Source: an uncultured Methylococcaceae bacterium
Lineage (GTDB): Bacteria > Pseudomonadota > Gammaproteobacteria > Methylococcales > Methylomonadaceae
Assembly: GCA_903863905.1 (NCBI GenBank)
Contig: CAIPDT010000032.1
Location: 27,481 to 91,480 of the forward strand
Direction: 5' to 3'
Length of the DNA stretch: 64,000 nucleotides
How positions within the stretch are numbered: the stretch's first letter is position 1; each line of letters starts with the position of its first letter. The notes below the pieces were generated by a model. That model was not told where the DNA came from. It worked only from the letters and a program-made list of their open reading frames with translations, and made no database searches. A program made the translations under genes and the position numbers. Positions 29,583 through 41,070 of the stretch are shown piece after piece.

Positions 29583-30377
29583 CTATTTTAGTTCTGGTGT
29601 GACATGAGGTTCAATCAATTGATACATTAATTGATGCATTTTTGGGCTACCCACAATCACATTACCTGACTCCATATATTTATCATTAAATGAAAAATCA
29701 GTGGCTACCCCTCCGGCCTCTTTAATTAACAAAATGCCGGCGGCCATATCCCATTCCATGATTCCAATTTCCCAATAACCATCTAAACGTCCCGCTGCCA
29801 CATACGCCAAATCTAACGCAGCAGAACCCGCACGGCGAATACCGGCACATTCGGTCGTTAACGACTTAAACATACCGACATAGGCATCAAGATGCTTATC
29901 CGTTTTAAACGGGAAGCCAGTACCCAATAAAGCGCCTTTTAAGGTATTTTGATTGGTGACTCTAAGTCTACGATTATTAAGCATCGCACCACCACCCCGT
30001 TTAGCCGTGAATAACTCATCACGTAACGGATCATAAACCACTCCTACTTCTAAGCGACCTTTATATTTTAAAGCAATAGAAACGGCGTATTGAGGGAAAC
30101 CATGCAAAAAATTTGTGGTTCCATCTAACGGGTCAATAACCCAAACAAAATCGTTTCCCTTATGTTCTCCACTCTCTTCCGCTAGAATGGCATGCTCAGG
30201 ATAAGCAGCTTTAATAATACTAATAATTTCACGCTCTGCCATACGATCAACTTCACTGGCATAATCATTTTTGCCTTTTTGATCAACGGATAAACGACTA
30301 ATACTATCAACAGAACGAAGGATTAAATCACCCGCACTTCTAGCCGCACGGACGGCAATATTTAACATGGGTTGCAT
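29583..30377 (-). CDS. suhB: Inositol monophosphatase SuhB
   Basis: MQPMLNIAVRAAR, EES, WVIDPLDGTTNF, GIRRAGSAALDL, WDMAAG. Start taken at ATG 30377. Confidence 0.96.
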   Translation of the reverse strand: MQPMLNIAVRAARSAGDLILRSVDSISRLSVDQKGKNDYASEVDRMAEREIISIIKAAYPEHAILAEESGEHKGNDFVWVIDPLDGTTNFLHGFPQYAVSIALKYKGRLEVGVVYDPLRDELFTAKRGGGAMLNNRRLRVTNQNTLKGALLGTGFPFKTDKHLDAYVGMFKSLTTECAGIRRAGSAALDLAYVAAGRLDGYWEIGIMEWDMAAGILLIKEAGGVATDFSFNDKYMESGNVIVGSPKMHQLMYQLIEPHVTPELK

Positions 30378-30463
30378 AGACAAATTTACAATGAGCAGAT
30401 AAAACGTCAATGATAGCAAATCTTTTGGTAAACTTGACTTATTTTTAACTAAGGACGACACCC

Positions 30464-31192
30464 TTGCTGTCACATATCAAAATAATTTTAGTCGAAACAA
30501 GTCATCCCGGCAATATCGGCGCGGTTGCGCGCGCGATGAAAAACATGAAGATGACGGAACTCTGTTTAGTTTCCCCCAAAGTATTTCCCAGCGCTGAAGC
30601 CACCTCTCGTGCTTCAGGGGCTGATGATATCTTAGCCAAAGCTAAAGTCTACTCTAGTTTGCAAGAGGCTATTAGTGACTGCCAACTCGTCATCGGGGCA
30701 AGCGCTCGATGCCGAACGATTAGTTGGCCAGAAATGACGCCCAGAGAATGTGCTGAAACAATCACGGCACCCGATTACGATCAAAAAATCGGCATTATCT
30801 TTGGCCGTGAAAACTCTGGCTTAAAAAACCATGAGTTAGACTTATGTCACTTTCTTCTCAGAATCCCCTGCAATAGTGACTACAGTTCATTAAACATTGC
30901 AGCCGCTGTGCAAGTCGTTTGTTATGAATTATTTGTTAGCGCGGGCCAACAAACACCTATCGCTATTGGAGATAGAGGAAAAACACCCAAAGCAACGACC
31001 TTACAAATGGAATCTTTTTATACGCATTTATACCAAACTTTAACTGATATTGGTTTTATGCACCCCGACAAATCAAAATCAATCATGCGCCGTTTACGAC
31101 GTATTTATAACCGCGTGCATTTAGATATCAAAGAACTGGATATACTTAGAGGTATATTAAGAATGTCTCAAGATAATCAAAAGGATAATTAA
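30464..31192 (+). CDS. trmJ: tRNA (cytidine/uridine-2'-O-)-methyltransferase TrmJ
   Basis: [43 protein letters not shown]. Confidence 0.95.
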   Translation: MLSHIKIILVETSHPGNIGAVARAMKNMKMTELCLVSPKVFPSAEATSRASGADDILAKAKVYSSLQEAISDCQLVIGASARCRTISWPEMTPRECAETITAPDYDQKIGIIFGRENSGLKNHELDLCHFLLRIPCNSDYSSLNIAAAVQVVCYELFVSAGQQTPIAIGDRGKTPKATTLQMESFYTHLYQTLTDIGFMHPDKSKSIMRRLRRIYNRVHLDIKELDILRGILRMSQDNQKDN

Positions 31193-31944
31193 TGCTTGAT
31201 CGTCTAAAAGAAGATATTGCGTGTGTATTCGAACGAGATCCTGCTGCGCAATCATGGGTTGAAATTATCACTACCTATCCCGGTGTACACGCAGTTTTAA
31301 TACATCGCATTAGCCACTTTTTCTGGAATGCTGGTTATCATTGGTTGGCCAGATTCATTGCGCATACCTGTCGCGGGTTAACAGGCATTGAAATTCATCC
31401 TGGTGCTCAAATAGGTAGACGATTTTTTATTGATCATGGTATGGGGGTTGTTATCGGCGAAACCGCCATTATTGGTGACGACTGCACCCTGTATCATGGC
31501 GTCACCCTAGGTGGAACTTCTTGGTTAAAAGGTAAGAGACACCCTACCCTTCACAACGGTGTTGTTATTGGTGCAGGTGCAAAGATTCTTGGGCCGATTG
31601 AAATTGGCAACGGCGCCAGAGTCGGCTCAAATTCAGTCGTTTTAAAATCTGTTCCAGAAGGGGCAACCGTCGTCGGTATTCCAGGACACATTGTAGGAAC
31701 AGAAACTAAATCTGAGCACAATGAAATTGTTGATACGTTAAAGTTTGATGCCTACGGTACCAGTGCTAATATGCCAGACCCTGTCGCCTTTGCCATTAAT
31801 AGCATGCTTAATCATATTCAAGCGCTCGATACACAGATTGAAATGATGCAAAAAGCACTCAATGAAAATGGTATCTATTGTAAAGAAACCACTTTATTAC
31901 CTTTAGAGGGTTGTGAAATAGCCGACAGTTACGATAAAAAATAG
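31192..31944 (+). CDS. cysE: Serine O-acetyltransferase
   Basis: [32 protein letters not shown]. Confidence 0.96.
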   Translation: MLDRLKEDIACVFERDPAAQSWVEIITTYPGVHAVLIHRISHFFWNAGYHWLARFIAHTCRGLTGIEIHPGAQIGRRFFIDHGMGVVIGETAIIGDDCTLYHGVTLGGTSWLKGKRHPTLHNGVVIGAGAKILGPIEIGNGARVGSNSVVLKSVPEGATVVGIPGHIVGTETKSEHNEIVDTLKFDAYGTSANMPDPVAFAINSMLNHIQALDTQIEMMQKALNENGIYCKETTLLPLEGCEIADSYDKK

Positions 31945-31972
31945 TTGACTATTTTGGTAGGTTAAGTATATT
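31941..31972 (+). promoter_or_regulatory. IscR type-1 operator overlapping a sigma70 promoter of iscR
   Basis: ATAGTTGACTATTTTGGTAGGTTAA matches the left half of the ATASYYGACTRWWWYAGTCRRSTAT consensus exactly. TTGACT-N16-TATATT gives -35/-10. Confidence 0.75.
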
Positions 31973-32008
31973 TGTGCTAATATACTTTTTTTTTTGAGGG
32001 ATTATCTC

Positions 32009-32506
32009 ATGCGCTTAACTACAAAAGGCCGTTACGCTGTAACCGCAATGCTTGACCTTGCTTTTCATAGCCAAGTTAAACCCGTTACCTTGACGGATAT
32101 TGCTGCAAGACAAACCATCTCGTTGTCTTACCTGGAACAACTATTCGCTCGTTTACGACGTGCCAATATGGTTAAAGGTATTCGTGGTCCAGGCGGGGGC
32201 TACACCTTAGCAGGAAAAATACTAAAAATTAATATTGCTGACATTATTGCCGCGGTTGATGAACCGATTGACGCCACAAAATGTGGTGGTGAAGCTAATT
32301 GCCAAAATGAAAAAGCGTGTTTAACGCATGATCTTTGGATGGGCCTAAGTGACCAAATTAGAGAATATTTAAAAGGTATTACCTTAGAGCAGTTACTTGA
32401 TAAACATCAAATTCAAGAAACGGCTAAAAGACAATCTCAGGACGCGCAAATCATTACCTTACATAAAAATACCGATCAAACGCCTATTTTTAATGATTTA
32501 CTTTGA
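32009..32506 (+). CDS. iscR: Fe-S cluster assembly transcriptional regulator IscR (Rrf2 family)
   Basis: MRLTTKGRYAVTAM, SYLEQLF, RGPGGGY, three Cys plus His ligands (C..C..C.THDLW). Confidence 0.96.
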   Translation: MRLTTKGRYAVTAMLDLAFHSQVKPVTLTDIAARQTISLSYLEQLFARLRRANMVKGIRGPGGGYTLAGKILKINIADIIAAVDEPIDATKCGGEANCQNEKACLTHDLWMGLSDQIREYLKGITLEQLLDKHQIQETAKRQSQDAQIITLHKNTDQTPIFNDLL

Positions 32507-33602
32507 TCACAATGCAACAACCCCCATTGATGATAGAGTGCTTGAGGCCATGCTGCCCTTTTTAAAAGGGTTTTATGGCAACCCCTCTGCGTTATATCGC
32601 CACGGTAGAATTGTTCGTAGCGCCCTTGAGACAGCCCGCGAACAAATTGCCGATTTAATTGCGGTCACACCGTCTCAAGTCATTTTTACCAGTGGGGGAA
32701 CTGAGGCCAACAACATGGCTTTAGCCTCTGTATCCCCACATAGTAAATTAGTTATTTCAAGTATTGAACACCCCTCAATTACCGAACCTGCACTGTATTT
32801 AAAAAACCAAGGTGTACATGTCGATCTAATGCCTGTAAATGGTGAAGGATTAATTACCGTCTCTGCAATTGAGACAACCCTAAAAAACAAACCCGACCGG
32901 ATTTCGATCATGTTGGCCAATAATGAGACGGGCGTTATTCAACCCCTGTCTGACATCACTGATCGCTTTAAAGAACATAATATTATTATCCATACCGATG
33001 CAGTACAAGCACTGGGTAAAATCCCTTTATCCTTTAATCATCTAGGTGTAGATTTAATGTCACTCTCCAGTCATAAAATTTATGGACCTAAAGGCGTTGG
33101 TGCGTTGATATTTGATAAAAAAACACCTCTTAAAGCCTTAATTCAAGGCGGTGATCAAGAGCAAGGACTTAGAGCGGGCACTGAGAATGTTGCAGGCATT
33201 ATCGGCTTTGGAAAAGCCGCAGAATTAGCTAAAAAAGAACTATCTAAACGTATAGAACATTTATTCACGTTAAGAACCCAACTAGAAAGAGAACTACTGA
33301 CCTTTCCAGGCTTGACTATTTTCGCCCAAGCAGCCCAACGTCTTCCTAATACCATCCAATTTGGCATCCCCAACATGGATGGTGAAATGTTACTGATGAA
33401 TTTAGACAAAAAAGGCATTGCCGTATCCAGTGGCTCTGCGTGCGCCAGTGGCTCGAGACTCATCAGCCCCGTATTGAACGCAATGCACGTTGATGCTAAT
33501 TTAGCAAAAAGTGCAGTCCGATTAAGCTTAGGTATGCACAATACCTCATCTGAAGTTTCTGAATTTATTCAGCAATTAAAAACCTTAGTTTACCCCATAT
33601 AA
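32493..33602 (+). CDS. iscS: Cysteine desulfurase (group I, IscS/NifS-like)
   Basis: [36 protein letters not shown]. Start taken at ATG 32493. Confidence 0.93.
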   Translation: MIYFDHNATTPIDDRVLEAMLPFLKGFYGNPSALYRHGRIVRSALETAREQIADLIAVTPSQVIFTSGGTEANNMALASVSPHSKLVISSIEHPSITEPALYLKNQGVHVDLMPVNGEGLITVSAIETTLKNKPDRISIMLANNETGVIQPLSDITDRFKEHNIIIHTDAVQALGKIPLSFNHLGVDLMSLSSHKIYGPKGVGALIFDKKTPLKALIQGGDQEQGLRAGTENVAGIIGFGKAAELAKKELSKRIEHLFTLRTQLERELLTFPGLTIFAQAAQRLPNTIQFGIPNMDGEMLLMNLDKKGIAVSSGSACASGSRLISPVLNAMHVDANLAKSAVRLSLGMHNTSSEVSEFIQQLKTLVYPI

Positions 33603-33612
33603 AGAGGATAGT

Positions 33613-33936
33613 ATGTCAATCTCATTAACTGAAAGTGCAGCTCGTCAAATTAAAAAACAACTAGAAAAACGCGGCAATGGCCTTGGCCTAAAGTTAGGCG
33701 TCAAAAAATCAGGCTGTTCTGGTTATGCTTATGTGCTTGAATACGCCGATACACTCAATGAAAATGATACGGTATTTGAAGAGTTTGGCGTTAAAGTGAT
33801 TGTACCCACCAACGACTTAGAATTCGTTGATGGCATAGAATTAGATTACAGAAAAGAAGGTATTAATGAAGCGTTTAAATTCAATAATCCAAATGTAAAA
33901 GGTACGTGTGGCTGTGGAGAAAGCTTTTCAGTCTAA
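33613..33936 (+). CDS. iscA: A-type Fe-S carrier protein
   Basis: [28 protein letters not shown]. Confidence 0.93.
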   Translation: MSISLTESAARQIKKQLEKRGNGLGLKLGVKKSGCSGYAYVLEYADTLNENDTVFEEFGVKVIVPTNDLEFVDGIELDYRKEGINEAFKFNNPNVKGTCGCGESFSV

Positions 33937-33957
33937 GATAAAATCATTATTAAGAAC

Positions 33958-34743
33958 TTAATGGGCGTCTAACCTACGACCATTAAGTTTCTGTTCTCCT
34001 CTGGCATTACCGTGGTAAAACTTACTGTTAAATAACGCAATTTGGTTTTCTGATACTTCTAAAGCCTCTTGCAATATAAACCACTGCACCCCTTCATTAC
34101 AAGGTGGCGTTGTTAAAGAACCTGAATAGGTATAAAAATGTTGTGGATGTGCCGGTAAAAACTGTTCAGGATGAATGACTACCATAGACGTCGTTGTTTG
34201 CCCTCCAACACTCGGTGCCCGATCTAAAATCTCTTGAAATGCTGAATTAAAAGCCCCTGCCTTAACCATAACACCGAGTACCGCCATCCGCCCATCTGCA
34301 GTTCCATTAACAAAATGAATCTCCATCGGATAAGAAACTCCATTGATCAAATGTTCACTAGGCGAATGAAAATGAAACTGGACTAAATCATATTCATTGT
34401 TACCAAAATATAATTTACCGTAAGCCGTATTTGCACGAATAGTATGACCATTATTCGTCAAACTCAACGGTATTTCTGTATAGCTAGGCTGAAGCTCGTC
34501 AATTTTTTCAACCTTAATAATATTACTGGGCTCTATATTAATCGGTGATTGTTTTTGACCAATACTACATTCAGCATAAGGATAAGGTGGACTATAAAGA
34601 TGATCTTTAAGTTCACCCCAGACTCCTTGTTTTTCGTAGACCCAATGTGGATCAACATGAACATTCTTAGAAAAGGTTAAATGAGGCAATAAAAGAGAAC
34701 TTAAAAAGACTAATGCTAAAGTGGTGTTAATTTTTTTATTCAT
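33958..34743 (-). CDS. Periplasmic alpha-class carbonic anhydrase
   Basis: Signal peptide, GQKQSPINI, NNGHT, zinc ligands QFHFHSPSEH and MEIHFV, GSLTTPPCNEGVQW. Confidence 0.94.
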   Translation of the reverse strand: MNKKINTTLALVFLSSLLLPHLTFSKNVHVDPHWVYEKQGVWGELKDHLYSPPYPYAECSIGQKQSPINIEPSNIIKVEKIDELQPSYTEIPLSLTNNGHTIRANTAYGKLYFGNNEYDLVQFHFHSPSEHLINGVSYPMEIHFVNGTADGRMAVLGVMVKAGAFNSAFQEILDRAPSVGGQTTTSMVVIHPEQFLPAHPQHFYTYSGSLTTPPCNEGVQWFILQEALEVSENQIALFNSKFYHGNARGEQKLNGRRLDAH

Positions 34744-34886
34744 GTTGCGAATGAAGGGGGAGGCAAATCAAAATCATGTGTTATCAAATAAAATAAAGCC
34801 TGTAAAAATTCAACAAGAATTATCCTGACTAAATAATCAATATCTTTTAACATCAAAAATACTGACAAAGAGTGTAACCACTGTTG

Positions 34887-35456
34887 CTAACAAGTGTATC
34901 CAGGGTCTTTGCATTGATCTAATAAACTGCGACTTTTTCTAAATAAAGAATGGCAAGAAGTGCAGGTATTTGAGAGAGAATCCAATGTTTCTGGAATTTT
35001 ATGTAACTTATTTTGGCGCGCCAACTCTTCAAGTTGGAGAGCTTCCGTTTTTAATTTAGTTGCCAGAGCAACAAAAGCCACTTTCTCCGTTGAATTAAGA
35101 TCCAAAAAAGGCATTGTTTCAAGAATAGAGGTCTCGCTTGAGGCCAATTCGCTCGCAATTCTAGCTATTTCTTGTGCTTTAATTTTACGTTCATCGTGCG
35201 CATTAATTTCATTATTCAATTCAGTATAAACCAATGAATTGATCTGACGCATAATTTGCTGTAGATGATTATTTTGAATAGCATGTAAAGCCGGTTCCCC
35301 CGTATCAGGAGGCGCCAACAATCGAGTTTTTTGCTCAAGTTCTGAAGATTGATTAGAAGCAGATATAGCAACAGGCGCTTGAGGCCCGGACTCTGTGGAA
35401 CAAGATATTAGATGAACCAACATCATGACAGATAAAATAACACGCAATTGAAACAT
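34887..35456 (-). CDS. Lipoprotein class II cytochrome c (c'-like)
   Basis: Lipobox-like LISC, helical body, single CTSCH heme motif near the C-terminus. Confidence 0.8.
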   Translation of the reverse strand: MFQLRVILSVMMLVHLISCSTESGPQAPVAISASNQSSELEQKTRLLAPPDTGEPALHAIQNNHLQQIMRQINSLVYTELNNEINAHDERKIKAQEIARIASELASSETSILETMPFLDLNSTEKVAFVALATKLKTEALQLEELARQNKLHKIPETLDSLSNTCTSCHSLFRKSRSLLDQCKDPGYTC

Positions 35457-35645
35457 ATTAACCCCAGCCCTATTTAAGGCTGAATTATCGCTTGTTATCT
35501 TTAAATATGTCTAGCATTTATTATTAATATACCCAATAAAGCTCAGGTAAAATCATAACCCCTATTCATTTCCCAAATAACATAACATTTAAAAAACGAA
35601 TAGAGGCGCTGAGTAACGCAGTCACTAAGAACTTAATCCTTAAGA

Positions 35646-38369
35646 TTAGACTTCAAGTTTACCGTGACAATGTTTATATTTCTTTCCAGAACCACACGTA
35701 CAAAGCTCGTTACGACCTATTTTGTCACCCTGACGTACAAAAGGTTGTTCTACGTTAATACCCTCTTCAGCATTAACCGGAACGGGCGCTTCAAACTCTT
35801 CCAAAGCCGGTGCTTCAGCATGTTCAAAATGCATTTCTCTCGGCGCTTGCATTTGCTCATCAATCGCTTGCACATCTTCTTCTTGACGCACTTGAACTTT
35901 AAACAAAATACCAATCACTTCATATTTGATATGATCTAATAAGCTAGTAAACATTTCAAACGCTTCACGCTTGTATTCTTGCTTAGGATCTTTTTGTGCA
36001 TAGCCTCTAAAATGAATGCCTTGACGCAAATAATCCATCGCAGCCAAATGCTCTTTCCAGCTAGTATCAAGCACTTGCAACATGACTGATTTTTCAAAGT
36101 GCTGCAAGACGTCTTTGGTAATATGCGTTTCTTTTTCTTTGTTATTTTGTTCTAAAATATCAATAATGCGGACACGCAATGAAGACTCTTGAAGACTATG
36201 ATCTTCATCCAGCATTTTTTGCACTGGAATTTGAACATTAAACTCTTGATGTAAATGCTCTTCTAACCCTTCTATATCCCACTGCTCAGCCATTGTTTTA
36301 GCAGGAATATACTGAGTAATCACATCATTAACCACATCCGCACGAATCGCCGAAATAATATCAGAAATGTCTTTAGCAGCCATTAACTCATTTCGTTGAG
36401 TGTAAACCACTTTACGTTGATCATTAGCGACATCGTCATACGCCAAAATTTCTTTACGAATGTCAAAGTTTCTACCTTCAACCTTACGCTGTGCGTTTTC
36501 AATCGATCGAGTCACCCAAGGATGTTCGATGGCTTCACCATCACCCATACCTAACTTTTTCATCAACGCTGCAACACGGTCTGACGCAAAGATACGCATC
36601 AAATCATCTTGTAAAGACAAATAAAATCGCGTTGATCCGGGATCACCTTGACGGCCTGAACGACCTCTTAATTGGTTATCAATTCGGCGTGATTCATGAC
36701 GTTCAGAACCAATGACATGCAGACCACCGCTTGCAAGCACTTGATTATGTCTGTCTAACCAAACCGCACGCACTTGATCTTTTTGAGCTTGAGAAGCGTC
36801 TTCACCTAATAACTTTAATTCAGCTTCTAAGTTACCCCCTAAAACGATATCAGTGCCTCGACCGGCCATATTAGTCGCAATAGTAACGGCACCCGGCATA
36901 CCGGCTTGCTCAATAATATGCGCTTCACGCTCATGCTGTTTTGCATTAAGCACTTCATGCTTAATACCTTGCTTGATTAATAAGTTAGATAAGCGTTCAG
37001 AGTTTTCAATGGAGGTAGTACCGACTAAAACCGGTTGTCCACGACTCACACAATCTTTAATATCGGTAGCAACGGCAATATATTTTTCATCGGTGGTTAG
37101 ATAAACTAAATCACCCATATCCTTACGGATCAAAGGACGGTGTGTCGGTACAACCACCACTTCAAGACCGTAAATTTTATTTAACTCAAAGGCTTCTGTA
37201 TCTGCGGTTCCGGTCATACCCGATAATTTATCGTACAAGCGGAAATAATTTTGGAAAGTAATAGATGCTAAGGTCTGATTTTCGCTATTGATAGCGACGC
37301 CTTCTTTAGCTTCAATGGCTTGATGCAAGCCTTCTGACCAACGACGACCCGGCATAATACGACCGGTAAACTCATCAACAATGATGACTTCATTATCAGC
37401 CACAATATAGTCCACATCTTTTTTAAATAAGACGTGTCCACGTAAAGAGGCGTTCAGATAATGCATCAAACGAATATTCGAAGCATCATAAAGACTGGTG
37501 CCTTCAGACATTAAACCATGCTCAACCATTAAACGTTCAATACGCTCATGACCCGCTTCGGTTAAATAGACCTGACGAATTTTCTCATCAACCGTGTAAT
37601 CACCCGGCTTATCATCGCTATCTTGGCGCGTTAAATGAGGAATAACCGCATTCGCTTTAATATAAATCTCAGTACTTTCTTCAGTAGGACCTGAAATAAT
37701 TAAAGGCGTTCTAGCCTCATCAATCAAAATAGAATCGACTTCATCAACAATCGCGAAGCTTAAATCGCGCTGAACTTTTTGCTCCAAGCTAAAAGCCATG
37801 TTATCACGAAGATAATCAAAACCAAATTCGTTGTTAGTACCGTAAGTAATGTCAGCAGTATAAGCATCACGTCTTGCCGCCTGCTCCATTTGGCTCACAA
37901 TAACGCCCGTTGTTAACCCTAAAAAGCTATACAAACGCCCCATCCATTCAGAGTCACGCTTTGCTAAATAATCGTTAACAGTAACAACATGAACACCACG
38001 ACCCGGTAAGGCGTTTAAATAAGCCGCCAAGGTTGCCATTAAAGTTTTACCTTCACCGGTCTTCATTTCGGCAATTTTGCCGTCATGAAGCATCATGCCG
38101 CCAATCAACTGCACATCAAAATGTCGCATTCGAAAAACTCTAGAAGACGCTTCTCTGACCGCTGCAAAGGCTTCTGGAATTAAGTTATCCAGTTTTTCAC
38201 CTTGCTCTAAACGATCTCGAAACTCTTGAGTTTTTGCTCTTAGTGCCTCATCAGATAATGTTTCGTATTCAGAAGCCAAAGCATTGATCTTTTTGACCAA
38301 CTTCTTTTTCTTCTTTACCAGCCTGTCGTTACGGCTCCCTACAACAAATTTAACTACCTTACCCAGCAT
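35646..38369 (-). CDS. secA: Preprotein translocase ATPase SecA
   Basis: [32 protein letters not shown]-terminal [13 protein letters not shown] zinc motif. Confidence 0.99.
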   Translation of the reverse strand: MLGKVVKFVVGSRNDRLVKKKKKLVKKINALASEYETLSDEALRAKTQEFRDRLEQGEKLDNLIPEAFAAVREASSRVFRMRHFDVQLIGGMMLHDGKIAEMKTGEGKTLMATLAAYLNALPGRGVHVVTVNDYLAKRDSEWMGRLYSFLGLTTGVIVSQMEQAARRDAYTADITYGTNNEFGFDYLRDNMAFSLEQKVQRDLSFAIVDEVDSILIDEARTPLIISGPTEESTEIYIKANAVIPHLTRQDSDDKPGDYTVDEKIRQVYLTEAGHERIERLMVEHGLMSEGTSLYDASNIRLMHYLNASLRGHVLFKKDVDYIVADNEVIIVDEFTGRIMPGRRWSEGLHQAIEAKEGVAINSENQTLASITFQNYFRLYDKLSGMTGTADTEAFELNKIYGLEVVVVPTHRPLIRKDMGDLVYLTTDEKYIAVATDIKDCVSRGQPVLVGTTSIENSERLSNLLIKQGIKHEVLNAKQHEREAHIIEQAGMPGAVTIATNMAGRGTDIVLGGNLEAELKLLGEDASQAQKDQVRAVWLDRHNQVLASGGLHVIGSERHESRRIDNQLRGRSGRQGDPGSTRFYLSLQDDLMRIFASDRVAALMKKLGMGDGEAIEHPWVTRSIENAQRKVEGRNFDIRKEILAYDDVANDQRKVVYTQRNELMAAKDISDIISAIRADVVNDVITQYIPAKTMAEQWDIEGLEEHLHQEFNVQIPVQKMLDEDHSLQESSLRVRIIDILEQNNKEKETHITKDVLQHFEKSVMLQVLDTSWKEHLAAMDYLRQGIHFRGYAQKDPKQEYKREAFEMFTSLLDHIKYEVIGILFKVQVRQEEDVQAIDEQMQAPREMHFEHAEAPALEEFEAPVPVNAEEGINVEQPFVRQGDKIGRNELCTCGSGKKYKHCHGKLEV

Positions 38370-38575
38370 GCTTTTTTTCCGGTATGAATTTAGTAAATGA
38401 TTGACTCAAAGTGTTTGATTATATACCGTCTATTTATTTAGTAACAGATAAAAACACCGACAATAACTATTTAATGATCAATAGCAACTGCCAAACTGAG
38501 AGTATTATTGAAAAAACCTTTATGATCTTTTGATCTTAGTAATCCTAATCTGACATCTTAACCTTTTAAAATTAA

Positions 38576-39643
38576 TTATTCTTGTAATCTCATCACCGCA
38601 ACCACAGCCAACGTTAATACGATTAAACTCGGCATCAAGGCTATTAATGGAGGGTTTAAGTTATAAATCAAGCCCAGATGACCCACAATCTTATCGATGA
38701 TATTAAAACTCATGCCGATAACAATCCCTATCATCATTCGCTCACCCACACTGACACCGCGTTTAACCCCTATTACGAAAGGCGCAGACAACAGTAACAT
38801 AATTAAAGTAACTAAAGGATTGACTATGCGCCCCCAAAAAGCCAACTCAAACGTATGAGACTCCTGATGATTTTGCTTTAAGTAACTCACATAACCCGCC
38901 AAATCGTATAAAGATAAATTATTGGGTGTCACGGCGACTATTTTCAATAAATTAGGCGCAATACTCGATTGCCATAACGCACTATCGAGTGAGCGGGCCT
39001 GCATTTGTTGAGTTGAAATATCAGACTCTTGAATATGCTCTAAGCGCCATTGCTGATCACCTATAAATAAAGCTTGATCAGCATGCTGCATCTTAAGCAA
39101 ATGTTGTAACGGATCTATTTCATAGATACTCACATCCGCTAAATGTCCGTCATCCAATACTTGCCGAACATTAATAAAACGCTTACCTTCACGTAACCAC
39201 AAACCATACTTAGTATTCATCTGGATTTGCTGGTTTTGTGCTACCACCCGAACCATTTGTGCCATTCTTTGGGTGACAGGAGCCACAAACTCTCCTATTA
39301 ACAAAGATAAAAACACCAAAACAACACCCGCCACCATGACGGCTCGAATAATACCAAACACCGATAATCCAGCGGCACGCATCGCAATTAATTCACGATT
39401 ATTACCCATAGCCCCTAAGATAAACAAACTACCTAATAAGGCAGACGCTGGCACCAATTCATACAAAACCCCCGGGGAAGTCAGCGCAATATAATAAATA
39501 ATTTGTTTTAAGCCATAGCCCGCACTGATATCTTTTATCTCATCACTAAAAGTAAATAAGTTAAACAGTGTCAATAAAAGTAACAAAGCGACCAGAGACC
39601 CCTTTAAAACTTCTTTAGCGATATAAAGTGTTAATACATACAC
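38576..39643 (-). CDS. lptG: LPS export ABC transporter permease LptG
   Basis: GNNRELIAMRAAG, GLWLREG, 6-TM YjgP/Q architecture, directly downstream of lptF. Confidence 0.93.
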   Translation of the reverse strand: MYVLTLYIAKEVLKGSLVALLLLLTLFNLFTFSDEIKDISAGYGLKQIIYYIALTSPGVLYELVPASALLGSLFILGAMGNNRELIAMRAAGLSVFGIIRAVMVAGVVLVFLSLLIGEFVAPVTQRMAQMVRVVAQNQQIQMNTKYGLWLREGKRFINVRQVLDDGHLADVSIYEIDPLQHLLKMQHADQALFIGDQQWRLEHIQESDISTQQMQARSLDSALWQSSIAPNLLKIVAVTPNNLSLYDLAGYVSYLKQNHQESHTFELAFWGRIVNPLVTLIMLLLSAPFVIGVKRGVSVGERMMIGIVIGMSFNIIDKIVGHLGLIYNLNPPLIALMPSLIVLTLAVVAVMRLQE

Positions 39644-40747
39644 TTAAGATTCCCTTCCCGTGACTTTCAACAATAACCATTGCCAACCATATAAACGCGC
39701 CAACAAGACACCTCCCACGATTAACAACAACAGATCAACACCTACTCCGCCCAACCAATTAGGAATGGCTTGATTAATAACCAAGCCTTCACTCACACGC
39801 AATAAATTTCCGTAGGTAAAATAGATTAAAAATCCCATGAACACATTACCATAAACCCCACCGCGCGGAGACAATTGCGCTAAAGGCACCGCAATAAAAC
39901 TTAATAACAACACCCCTAACGGTATCGCAAATCGTCGTTGTAATTCAGCCACATAACTTTGTAAATTTGAACCCCATAACACCTCAGCAGGCAACGATTG
40001 CCGATGCAGTATTGCCTCGGAGGCTTTAGTATCAATTCTAACGGCGTATTCATCAAATTGCTCAATGACATAATTAAGTGTGCCCGGTAAACCTTTAATC
40101 TGCTCGCCCTGCTCAAACACCAAATAACGTCCTTCAGGTCGATCATCAAATTGTGCGGCTTCCGCATTAATGATACTTAGATTGCCATGTTGCCTATTTT
40201 GCACAAATACATGATGCATCTTTTTATCATCACCTATTTTTTCTACATAAAAAACTAAATCACCTTGACTATATTCACTAAACTTACCTTCAGCAATCCC
40301 TCGAAGGTCTGCGGAATCAGCACCTTTCTGCATAACATTATCAAATTCAGACTCGGCCCAAGGCGACACATAAAGGGATAAACCCACCGTGCATAAACTT
40401 AAAGGAAACACCAATAAAAACACGGCCCGATAAAGAGTGCCAGCACCGCCTCCTGCAGAAGCAATAGCCGCCATTTCCTGATCTCGATACATGCGACCTA
40501 ACACCATTAAGACCGACATAAATAAAGCAACCGGTAAGAACTCAATCAGTGCCACAATTGTTTTATAGGCCAAGATGTTTAACAAAACTTCGTTGGCTAC
40601 TTGCCCCGTCACAGCATCATCAAGAATCCTAATAAATTTACGACTGACTATAATCACCACAATAACGATTAACACAGATAACAGGGTTTTAAATAAATCC
40701 TGAACAATCATTTTATCTAATACCGTAATGAGCTTACGTCTCCCCAT
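39644..40747 (-). CDS. lptF: LPS export ABC transporter permease LptF
   Basis: LGRMYRDQEM, AELQRRFAIP, PRGG. Start uncertain: ATG 40747 chosen, but the ORF is open to 40816. Confidence 0.92.
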   Translation of the reverse strand: MGRRKLITVLDKMIVQDLFKTLLSVLIVIVVIIVSRKFIRILDDAVTGQVANEVLLNILAYKTIVALIEFLPVALFMSVLMVLGRMYRDQEMAAIASAGGGAGTLYRAVFLLVFPLSLCTVGLSLYVSPWAESEFDNVMQKGADSADLRGIAEGKFSEYSQGDLVFYVEKIGDDKKMHHVFVQNRQHGNLSIINAEAAQFDDRPEGRYLVFEQGEQIKGLPGTLNYVIEQFDEYAVRIDTKASEAILHRQSLPAEVLWGSNLQSYVAELQRRFAIPLGVLLLSFIAVPLAQLSPRGGVYGNVFMGFLIYFTYGNLLRVSEGLVINQAIPNWLGGVGVDLLLLIVGGVLLARLYGWQWLLLKVTGRES

Positions 40748-41070
40748 TTTATAACTTTTTGGCCAATCCGCTTCCAAGAAGACTCCCCCAACAAATTTAT
40801 ACATTATGTGAGCCAAATGATGGCAAGATAAAATTTTACCACAACCACCTCTAATTCCCTTATTTCATCACCTGTAAAGTCTCGGTGCAAATAAACCACT
40901 CACGGGTTGTTTTACACCGATAAACTCGCACATAAATCATAATAAATACATTTTTTATCTTTATTTAACTAATAAAATCAGATCATTAAGAAAACAAAAT
41001 TGAAGATGGCATAGTAATAGCTTGTAATTTAGATAATTATAAAATATCACCACCCTAATCGAGGATTTAT

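Noticed and set aside
30378-30473. N-terminal extension of SuhB in the ORF track
   Set aside because: It overlaps the divergent trmJ start and its promoter; homologous proteins begin at MQPML (30377).
32397-32492. Long upstream start for the cysteine desulfurase
   Set aside because: It would overlap iscR by 110 nt; the family N-terminus [10 protein letters not shown] starts at 32493.
40990-41070. Fluoride riboswitch upstream of sulP, prompted by GAAGATGGCA
   Set aside because: No complementary P1 or pseudoknot partner and no CTGATG motif.
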